From: a virus
Taxonomy: Duplodnaviria > Caudoviricetes
Length of the DNA stretch: 30,007 nucleotides
Virus record (IMG/VR): IMGVR_UViG_3300020414_002119
Coordinates: 1-30,007 of that record
Strand: one strand, 5' to 3'
The stretch's first letter is position 1, and each line of letters begins with the position of its first letter. This document shows, piece by piece, positions 18,471 to 25,818 of this stretch. The notes beneath the pieces are model-generated. The model was not told the DNA's origin. It searched no databases and was given only the letters and a program-made list of their open reading frames with translations. The translations under genes and the position numbers were made by a program.

Positions 18471-19430
18471 ATGGCTACAACAAAGATGACTGGCGATTCT
18501 GTTCGTGCATACCTCCGAGAAATCGGACGTGTGCCTCTTCTTGAGCACGCAGATGAGATCCTGCTTGGTAGACAGGTTCAGCGCTTGATGGAGCTTGAGG
18601 AAAAAAGAAAAGAGCTTTCAGAACTCCATGGTCACAGCATTGACGATCAAAAGCTTGCAGAGCACTACAACCTCGACCGAAAGAGCCTGAGGCGTGAGTT
18701 ACGGGCTGGGAAGAAAGCGAAGGACACAATGGTTACGGCGAATCTCCGTCTCGTCGTCAGTGTTGCCAAGAAATACACGAAGCGGAATATGGAGCTGCTT
18801 GACATTATTCAGGAAGGAACCATTGGCCTAGTTCGTGGGGTTGAGAAATTTGATCCAGGTCGTGGATATAAATTCAGCACTTATGCATATTGGTGGATTC
18901 GTCAAGGCATCACCAGAGCTATTGCTGAGAAGAGCAGGGCAATCCGTCTGCCAATTCACATCACAGAAAATTTGAATCGTCTGAAGAAAGCTCAGAGGGA
19001 CTTGTCTCAGAAGAATGGTTATATGCCGACAGTAGATGAGCTGGCAAAGGAGCTTCAGCTCAAGCAAGATGAGATCAAGGATCTGATGTGCAAAGCCAGG
19101 CACCCTACGTCGCTAGAGGTCAAGATTGGGGAAAACAGGGATACTGCATTGATCGATCTTCTAGAAGATGAGACGCAGCTACCAGACATGCTTTTAGAGC
19201 GTGCTTGTGTGAAGGACGATATTCATGAGCTATTGAATAGCCTGCCCGAGATGCAGTCGACAGTTCTTTGTATGAGATATGGAATTGGAGAAGAAGTACT
19301 TGAGCCGATGTCCATGACGGCCGTAGGTCAAGCGCTAAACATGAGTAGAGACCGCGTTAGAACATTAGAAAACAATGGTCTTAAAGGCCTCAAGGATCGA
19401 AGCAATTCGGTGTCTGAATACTTAGCATAA
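18471..19430 (+). CDS. Phage-encoded sigma-70 factor, RpoD/SigA family (cyanobacterial group-2-like, no region 1.1)
   Basis: Region 1.2 DSVRAYLREIGRVPLL; region 2 ANLRLVVSVAKKY...GYKFSTYAYWWIRQGITRAI; region 4 HTH MSRDRVRTLE. Confidence 0.95.
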   Translation: MATTKMTGDSVRAYLREIGRVPLLEHADEILLGRQVQRLMELEEKRKELSELHGHSIDDQKLAEHYNLDRKSLRRELRAGKKAKDTMVTANLRLVVSVAKKYTKRNMELLDIIQEGTIGLVRGVEKFDPGRGYKFSTYAYWWIRQGITRAIAEKSRAIRLPIHITENLNRLKKAQRDLSQKNGYMPTVDELAKELQLKQDEIKDLMCKARHPTSLEVKIGENRDTALIDLLEDETQLPDMLLERACVKDDIHELLNSLPEMQSTVLCMRYGIGEEVLEPMSMTAVGQALNMSRDRVRTLENNGLKGLKDRSNSVSEYLA

Positions 19431-19457
19431 AATAAGGATAGGTAGAGGGTTTGTCAG

Positions 19458-20129
19458 ATGGCTGATGTCACCAATTCAATAAGTGAGTTTTACGATTCAT
19501 ATGGTGGCAGCAATCTGTCGAACCCTTCTTACTATTCCAGCAGCAAAAGACTAGATCTAAGCTCTGCAACGAACAGCATTATCAATGCCATAGGCCCAGT
19601 TATTACGACAGTGCCGTTTACGCTGAAATACGAAGATAGCGTTGGCTTATTCGGTTCAGAGAACTTCTATGTGAAAATAATGCTGGACATCATCGATACT
19701 GGCAATACACACACCATCATCAACCAATACGCAGGTCTGACAGTATCCGCCGATGCTGCACTTGAAAATACCTATTACATGGCATTTGAGGATGAAGCAT
19801 CAGACTTGACTACCGTAAATACTTATGAGCCATCAGAACGTGGAGCAGGGTTTGCCGATTTAGTTGAGCCAGTCATTAGTCTCGATTTAGAGAATCTCGG
19901 CACTGGCAATATGTATGTTGACCGCCACGTTGACGCTCGTTTATATGACAAGCATTTTAATGAGATAGATGAAGGCACTCAATTAATCGGCAAGCAGGGT
20001 GAGTTTTACCTAGGAGTGCATGCAAGGAATTCAAGACGTCTGCCATACAACATCAATGTAGTCATTGGCAACGCTGTCACATTGAGGAGTGAACTGAGTT
20101 CTGAGCTCGACAGTTCAATCCTTCCTTAG
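19458..20129 (+). CDS. Hypothetical acidic protein, 223 aa
   Basis: ORF with TAAAATAA box at 19428 and GAGG upstream. Confidence 0.75.
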   Translation: MADVTNSISEFYDSYGGSNLSNPSYYSSSKRLDLSSATNSIINAIGPVITTVPFTLKYEDSVGLFGSENFYVKIMLDIIDTGNTHTIINQYAGLTVSADAALENTYYMAFEDEASDLTTVNTYEPSERGAGFADLVEPVISLDLENLGTGNMYVDRHVDARLYDKHFNEIDEGTQLIGKQGEFYLGVHARNSRRLPYNINVVIGNAVTLRSELSSELDSSILP

Positions 20130-20517
20130 CTGTAGAGCGTGGGTCAGAAACCTTCACCCAAAACAAATTATCAAGGAAGCAGTTCATTGAGTCTCCATCC
20201 TTGAAGCCCACCATCGAGCATCCTTTTGTGCGACCGATTGGCGTCATTGGTGGTGGAAGGAAAGCAAGGGCCACAAGACTATGGACATAGGCAGAAATTG
20301 CATTCTTGCGCCCAATGCGCTGTGTCAGATTAACCGTCTGATAGCGACTGCGTTTGACCTTAGGCTTGAGAATTTGATCCTTATTGCGCTTAGTACTCTT
20401 CACTTGCCCCTGCCTATTTACATAGTATTCAATGCAACATTCATAGCCAGGAAGAGAGTGGATCGGAACCCACTCATGATTATCGATAAATTCTTGTACC
20501 ACAATATATTGGGGCAT
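20077..20517 (-). CDS. Free-standing NUMOD4/HNH homing-endonuclease-like protein, catalytic motif degenerate
   Basis: NUMOD4-like EWVPI..PGYE...YYVNRQGQVKS; VHSLVALAF; VGFKDGDSMNCFLDNLFWV in place of the canonical V[DN]HKDGNKxNNxxxNLxWV. Confidence 0.85.
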   Translation of the reverse strand: MPQYIVVQEFIDNHEWVPIHSLPGYECCIEYYVNRQGQVKSTKRNKDQILKPKVKRSRYQTVNLTQRIGRKNAISAYVHSLVALAFLPPPMTPIGRTKGCSMVGFKDGDSMNCFLDNLFWVKVSDPRSTAKEGLNCRAQNSVHSSM

Positions 20518-20595
20518 CTGTAAATATATTCTAGCTTAAGTTTTAATATCTAGATATGTGGCTCAGTCGAAAGTCACAATAAACCATTTAGCTTT

Positions 20596-20600
20596 AGGAG
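20596..20600 (+). promoter_or_regulatory. Shine-Dalgarno site of the capsid gene
   Basis: AGGAG 10 nt before the ATG at 20611. Confidence 0.75.
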
Positions 20601-20610
20601 TTATCCATCC

Positions 20611-23274
20611 ATGTGGATCGATAGAGTGAAAGCTCTCCTGTCGATCTAAAACCGGGTGAATTCAGGGAAGCCGTAACGTATAGACGACGGTAATCCTGAG
20701 CCAAGCCCCTCACGATCTTGAGGGGAAGGTGCAGAGACTACTGGGGGAATCAAGCGTGATTCGTAAAACCAGACCAGCGCCCGGCAACAAGAAATACATA
20801 CCTTGTTGAAGAGATAGTCCGGCCCTTATCGAAAGATTTGGATACGCTGAATGATTTTCCGAAGCTCCTTGGTGCTGAACTCTACAGGCCCCACCCTGCT
20901 TACATCATTGAGATGGCAGTTGAGCCCGTAGTTGTTCACGACTTAAACGCTTGAGTCGTAACTGGGTGAATTCAGGGAACCCCTCCCAACCTTTTTAATT
21001 CGACAGAACCTAGACAAGGAAAACCGGTGACAACCGGAAGTATATTTTTTGGGGAATCCTGAGCCAAGCTCTCCCGACAGGAGAGAAGGTGCAACGACTA
21101 GGTCCCGCGTGGAAACACAGTAATGGACCCAAGAGCGCCCAGCTCCATTTTGGATGATGAGATAGTCTGAACAATACCGATGGGAAAGGTATTGAAGGTA
21201 AAGATAAAGAGCTTTACCGGTAACACAATTGCAGCAAGCAACCCGGTCAAACTGTTCAGTTGGACCGTTATCGCTTCTGGGGTAAACCTGGCACTAAGGA
21301 GTCTCGTGAGCGCACCGCAGATCAAACTCTGGGTAGCGCATCTGCTCGCAACATCGTCAAAGACAAGGTCCTGGTGACGCTAAAATCTCCATTGGCGTCA
21401 CGATAATAAAGAGGGTGAATTGCTGGAAGGCCACCATTAAAGGTTAATCAGCAGCCAAGCTTTTCTACAAGAAAGAAGGTTCAACGACTAGATCCCGAGA
21501 GGTAACTCAGTAATGGATCCACGAGCGCCCTCCACCGTAAAGGTGATGATATAGTCTGATCTATACCAATGGTAAAGGTATAGAACCAAGAGATAAAGAG
21601 CTCTTGGGATAACAACAATGCAAGGAGTACACCGGTCCTGCTGATTCTCGCGATTCTGCACAACCATCCACCTTCAAGGTGGCCCGCGAAACTCTGATCA
21701 CTGCTCAGCGTCTGCTTCTGGACACTGGCAACCTCAACGTCTTCCACCAGTCAATCGGTTCTCTGACACTGCTGGACGACTACCGTCGCTGGCGTAACAC
21801 TGATTGCGCCGCCATTGTGTGAGCAATGGGCAATAACTGGGTGAATTCAGGGAACCCCACCATCAACGGGGAATCCTGAGCCAAGCCAGGCCAACAGCCT
21901 GGAAGGTGCAACGACTAGATCCCGAGAGGAAACTCAGTAATGGATCCACGAGTGCCCAGCATCTCAAGTCTGAGATGAAGATATAGTCTGACCTATAGCG
22001 ATGGCAAAGCTATAGAACCAAGAGATAAAGAGCTTTTGGGATAACATTTGGATCGTGTGTTCGCCAACGAACTGCTTAAGGCCGAAGCCAACGGCCAAGC
22101 TGACTCTGACAAAGGTGGTTATTACCTGCCTGGTGGCAAAGCCAAAGGCGCAACCGGTGGCACCCTCGGTGTTACTTATGCCTCTGGTGAATCCGCCAAG
22201 TTCAGCGTCAAAACTGACCTCCTCGAAGTGGTCAAGGACATGCGTAAGCGCAACGTCCCCACTTTCGCTTAATACCATGGGCGCTTACTTGAGTAATCAA
22301 GTAATGAGCATTCCGTGAATTGCTGGAACCCCTCCATCACTATGGGGAATCAGCAGCCAAGCCAGACCAACAGTCTGGAAGGTTCAACGACTAGGCAAGC
22401 GTGGAAACACGACGAGCCCACGAGCGCGGAACACCCTACTGGGGTGAAGATATAGTCTGAACTACACCGATGGAAAAGGTATAGAAGGAGCGGATAAAGA
22501 GCCGCTTCGATAACAATTTGGATGGTTATTACCGCTGCATCGTGGATCCGACCGCGATGATGCATCTTCGCCAAGACAGCGACTTCCGTAGTGATATTGC
22601 GGCCTTAGTTGGTAACAACTAAGTGAATAAAAGGGTGAATTGCTGGAACCCCTTCAATACATTGGGGAATCAGCAGCCAAGCCAGACCGACAGTCTGGAA
22701 GGTTCAACGACTAGAAGCCGAGAGGAAACTCAGTAATGCTTCCACGAGTGCCCTTCATCCGTTATGGATGGTGATATAGTCTGAACTCAATCGATGAGAA
22801 AGATTGAGAGCCAAGAGATAAAGAACTCTTGGGATAACAATATTGGAAATCGCTCGTTATCCTGGCGCTGGAATGGTGAATCCGATGAACCCCGCTGCGG
22901 GTCCTTCGGCTAACTTCTTCCAAGGTATGGGTCCTGCTTACGGCCAGGCTGGTTTCGTAGCAGGCGCTCCACAAATGCCAACCGGATTTCTCTTCGAAGG
23001 CGTCAGGTGGTTCGAATCTACGAATTTACCTGAAACCTCCTACAACCTCGTTGTGACCTCTGCTTCCTCTAGCGCTGCTGATTACGGTGCCGCTCAGTTG
23101 ATCTTCTTTGGTCCTCAGGCTGTTGGCGTTGGTATTGGTGGTAACAACGCTCAGATTCTGCTCAACAACAACGATGATTTCTCTCGTTTTGTGATCATGA
23201 TCTGGTCCCTGTTTGCTGGCTTTGAAAGTCTGAATTCAGACTTCGTCACAGTCGGATACTCTTTTGTTTATTGA
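20611..23274 (+). CDS. Major capsid protein, 382 aa after splicing; join(20611..20622,20850..20944,21232..21381,21621..21795,22051..22269,22521..22589,22846..23274)
   Basis: Exons of 12+95+150+175+219+69+429 = 1149 nt give a stop-free frame: MWID|NDFPKLLGAELYRPHP...VVHDF|SKQPGQTVQLDRYRFWG...VLVTL|KEYTGPAD...YRRWR|DRVFANE...NVPTFA|DGYYRCIVDPTAMMHLRQDSDFR|EIARY...GFLFEGVRWFESTN...GYSFVY. Capsid identity comes from size, position, strong SD and HK97-fold-like motifs (GQTVQL, FEGVRWFESTN). Confidence 0.9.
20623..20849 (+). ncRNA. Group I intron 1 (227 nt, phase 0)
   Basis: P1 GAUCGAU/GUCGAUC with U.G; P3 CCGGGUG/CGCCCGG; P4 UUCAGG/CCUGAG; P7 GACUA/UAGUC; terminal G. Confidence 0.93.
20945..21231 (+). 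ncRNA. Group I intron 2 (287 nt, phase 2)
   Basis: P1 ACGACUU/GAGUCGU; P3 CUGGGUG/CGCCCAG; P4 UUCAGG/CCUGAG; P7 GACUA/UAGUC; ends CAAUUG. Confidence 0.93.
21382..21620 (+). ncRNA. Group I intron 3 (239 nt, phase 2)
   Basis: P1 GUGACGCU/GGCGUCAC; P3 GAGGGUG/CGCCCUC; P4 UUGCUG/CAGCAG; P7 GACUA/UAGUC; ends CAAUG. Confidence 0.93.
21796..22050 (+). ncRNA. Group I intron 4 (255 nt, phase 0)
   Basis: P1 GGCGU/GCGCC; P3 CUGGGUG/UGCCCAG; P4 UUCAGG/CCUGAG; P7; ends CAUUUG. Confidence 0.93.
22270..22520 (+). ncRNA. Group I intron 5 (251 nt; boundaries may be shifted by +1)
   Basis: P1 CGCU/GGCG; P3 UUCCGUG/CGCGGAA; P4 UUGCUG/CAGCAG; P7; ends CAAUUUG. Confidence 0.9.
22590..22845 (+). ncRNA. Group I intron 6 (256 nt, phase 0)
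   Basis: P1 CCGU/GCGG; P10 AGUGAUAUU with exon GAAAUCGCU; P3 AAGGGUG/UGCCCUU; P4 UUGCUG/CAGCAG; P7; ends AAUAUUG. Confidence 0.93.
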
Positions 23275-23290
23275 TAGGAGGTATCTAATA

Positions 23291-23890
23291 ATGTCTGTGA
23301 TTTTCCCCGGTAACTACGTTACCCATCTGAACGCATATAACAACCAGGGCGTTCTCTCCATCCCCGGTATCGAGTTCTACCGCCTCGTCGGTGCAGCTGT
23401 GATTCCGGCAACCACTGCCGCCTCGGTTCAGACCCTCACTCTGAAGGTTCTGTCCCCAGACATGCGTGGTGACGACAAGCCTCGTGCTGACAAGAACCTT
23501 GTCATCCCAACTGGTGCTGCTATCTATCGCACTGCTATCAGCACTGTGAACCTGTCCGCACAGGGTGCATCTGACACTCTGACCGTGACTGGCGTCTCTC
23601 CTGCTGCAGTACTGACTGCTGCGAACAACCTGTTCCCAGCCGCTGGTGCAACCACGACCTTCAACGGTCTTGGTGATGCAGGTGGTAGTGCATCCATCAC
23701 CCGTCTTGCTTCTGACACCACCGTGACTGCTGTCACTGGTGCTAGCGGCCTGACTGTGGTTGAGCCTAAGTCTGGTGCAGAAGGCGAAAGCCAGTCTGCC
23801 GTCATTGTTGAAGTTTGCTTCTTCATGGACGGTGGTGCTCCTGATGCAGGTGATGTCCACCTCCCCTACAAAGTTGCAGCTGGCGCTTGA
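23291..23890 (+). CDS. Probable capsid decoration / minor capsid protein, 199 aa
   Basis: AGGAGGT at 23276-23282 supports the ATG at 23291 (track start 23264); A/T/V/G-rich; lies between the capsid gene and the terminator. Confidence 0.7.
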   Translation: MSVIFPGNYVTHLNAYNNQGVLSIPGIEFYRLVGAAVIPATTAASVQTLTLKVLSPDMRGDDKPRADKNLVIPTGAAIYRTAISTVNLSAQGASDTLTVTGVSPAAVLTAANNLFPAAGATTTFNGLGDAGGSASITRLASDTTVTAVTGASGLTVVEPKSGAEGESQSAVIVEVCFFMDGGAPDAGDVHLPYKVAAGA

Positions 23891-23913
23891 TCGTCATAGT
23901 CAACTTGTGAATG

Positions 23914-23937
23914 AAGCGTCCTTCGGGGCGCTTTTTT
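23914..23937 (+). terminator. Rho-independent terminator of the capsid operon
   Basis: AAGCGTCC-TTCG-GGGCGCTT followed by TTTT; cUUCGg tetraloop. Confidence 0.88.
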
Positions 23938-23973
23938 CATGTCTATAATTAGTAAAGATGAATAATATTTATA

Positions 23974-24405
23974 ATGAGCAAGTTATTCCAAGACAAGAAT
24001 ACAGGTAAACTCGTTGAGTTCATCAGTAAGCATGACAAAGAATTCGCGATGATTCGTGATTCTGGTGGACAAGTGAGTTACGTAAGCTTGGATCAATTGA
24101 TTCCTTACGATCGGGAAAAGGGTCGTTTAACCAATGTTGTTGCTCCTGAAATCACTCCTGAACCTGAAGAACAGCCACCTGAAACCGTGGTGCCTATGGA
24201 AGATACCCGCTTGAATCTAAATTCAGCTACTGCTGAAATCATTCAGAAACGTCTTCCAGGCGTTGGTTATGCGACGGCTAAAAAGGTTGTCGAACTTCGG
24301 ATGTCGCTCTCAGGTGAAAGGTTCACTAACCTGAAGCAACTTGAGAATATTCCCCGCGTCAATTGGGAACAGTTCATTGAGGATGATCTAATCTTTATTA
24401 GTTAA
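23974..24405 (+). CDS. Protein with C-terminal helix-hairpin-helix (ComEA-like) domain
   Basis: LNLNSATAEIIQKRLPGVGYATAKKVVELR...FTNLKQLENIPRV. Confidence 0.8.
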   Translation: MSKLFQDKNTGKLVEFISKHDKEFAMIRDSGGQVSYVSLDQLIPYDREKGRLTNVVAPEITPEPEEQPPETVVPMEDTRLNLNSATAEIIQKRLPGVGYATAKKVVELRMSLSGERFTNLKQLENIPRVNWEQFIEDDLIFIS

Positions 24406-24432
24406 AATAGAATTATTGAATAGCGAGAGCTG

Positions 24433-24927
24433 ATGAATACTGCCGCTTTAGAGCAAGCCTTATATCTGGAAGCTCTCAGACGAGATGAAGAACGATTACC
24501 TATGGAAGCTGCCGTACTACCAGCGGCAGCTATTGGTGCTTATGCGGGTTATCAGGCAGGTCGCCCCCTCCAGGCTGCTGCTGAACTGGTCAACAAAGGG
24601 CTGGATAAAGTTTCCCCATACCGTCCTGTTACTAAGAGAGTAGAAGGTAAACCAGTTGCAGTCAGACGTGAACCTATTCCACGAGGTGGACGTTTTGGAA
24701 AAGCGTTACCAGGCTTCAAGCTTGCTGGAAGTTTAACCGGATTCCTGCTTGGTGGAGGTGCTGGTGCTGCTGTGCGTCAAGCAATGATTGATGAATCACC
24801 TGAAGCACGACTATTAGCAAAGATTCAAGTTGGAGAACAGCTTGATAGTTATGACATGGCATTACTTGAGGATATTGCAACCAAGCACTACGACAACCAA
24901 TCTCGATTCAGCAGAGGTATGGGCTGA
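24433..24927 (+). CDS. Hypothetical protein with glycine-zipper-like segments, 164 aa
   Basis: AAAIGAYAGY and LAGSLTGFLLGGGAGAA; TAAAATAG box at 24403. Confidence 0.7.
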   Translation: MNTAALEQALYLEALRRDEERLPMEAAVLPAAAIGAYAGYQAGRPLQAAAELVNKGLDKVSPYRPVTKRVEGKPVAVRREPIPRGGRFGKALPGFKLAGSLTGFLLGGGAGAAVRQAMIDESPEARLLAKIQVGEQLDSYDMALLEDIATKHYDNQSRFSRGMG

Positions 24928-25424
24928 TGCAGTTAGACGAATACTACAAATCAAAAGTCAGATATCACCTAGGGTTTAATGCTGGGGCACAAATTCCTGC
25001 TGGAGACCGTGCTCGGTTGGAAGAAGCAATGGCTCTGGTGCCTGACCAGATTTGGTATGACGAAATCATTTATCACGTCAAACGCTGCGACATTGCATGG
25101 CGAGCAAGCGCTGCTATTCCTGATGATTATTTTGACCCTAATGGTAGCCAGACTCTGAACCCATCACGGCAAGAAGTCATCGCTGGTGACGTGCAGCGGA
25201 CAATCAATACTTCTGATCCACTAAAAGGTGATGAGTACTTTCGAGAAATTTATTTAAGGGAATGCGATCGACTGGCCGAAAGTCTTTATGTACCTAACTA
25301 CCGAAGGCCGGAAGTAAGGCGATATGCATTTAGTCGTTCTGGAGCAGAGTTTATATTGGCAGTACCTGGACCAGCTGATACTGCAGTTGGAACCAGAATA
25401 TATTTAAACGAAAAGTGGCGTTAA
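24927..25424 (+). CDS. Hypothetical protein, 165 aa; candidate head-tail adaptor
   Basis: TGATG coupling; N-terminal KSKVRYHLG helix and position after the capsid genes (inference). Confidence 0.65.
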   Translation: MQLDEYYKSKVRYHLGFNAGAQIPAGDRARLEEAMALVPDQIWYDEIIYHVKRCDIAWRASAAIPDDYFDPNGSQTLNPSRQEVIAGDVQRTINTSDPLKGDEYFREIYLRECDRLAESLYVPNYRRPEVRRYAFSRSGAEFILAVPGPADTAVGTRIYLNEKWR

Positions 25425-25459
25425 GTGTAGAATAGTTTTAGTAGAAGATAACTAAAACT

Positions 25460-25810
25460 ATGTCGTGGCACACCCATAGAACTAATAGTGGTGAGCGTGA
25501 GTATCTGTCAACCAGAAACTCAGTAACTGCACAGGCGCAAGACAACCCATTTTTGACGGGTATTCGCCCCGATCCAAAGTATGGAGCAGTTGATCCTGAA
25601 CTGGATAAGAGCCCGACATTTGCACAGCCTGATAGCGCTGGAAATATCGCCCCTAAGACCATCACTACCGGTGATGCCGATGAGGGAAGTTCAGGAACAG
25701 CCGATCCTAACGAGGCTCAAGATTTTGCTTCGAGGAAGGTAATGGAAAGAATGCAAATGATTGCCAATGGCGAAAACCATAACCTTAACGACCATTCTCA
25801 GATTACTTGA
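25460..25810 (+). CDS. Hypothetical protein, 116 aa
   Basis: TAGAATAG box at 25428. Confidence 0.65.
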   Translation: MSWHTHRTNSGEREYLSTRNSVTAQAQDNPFLTGIRPDPKYGAVDPELDKSPTFAQPDSAGNIAPKTITTGDADEGSSGTADPNEAQDFASRKVMERMQMIANGENHNLNDHSQIT

Positions 25811-25818
25811 TATTTAAA

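Noticed and set aside
20650-22840. Recurring motifs (GTGAATT..GGAA, GCCAAGC, AACGACTAG, ATAGTCTGA) as a CRISPR array or dispersed repeat
   Set aside because: They are the P/Q/R/S core elements of group I introns, with covarying pairings and no constant repeat-spacer period.
21098-22974. Short ORFs overlapping the introns as intron-encoded endonucleases
   Set aside because: They cross exon-intron boundaries or are antisense, and show no LAGLIDADG, GIY-YIG or HNH motifs.
22048-23274. Track ORFs 22048-22272 and 22843-23274 as separate genes, or the capsid region as a pseudogene
   Set aside because: Their TTG starts are the last three bases of introns 4 and 6; they are exons 5 and 7 of one restorable frame.
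23285-23860. 191-aa antisense ORF, and other antisense ORFs within long plus-strand genes
   Set aside because: Explained by the codon bias of the sense genes; no independent SD or motif.
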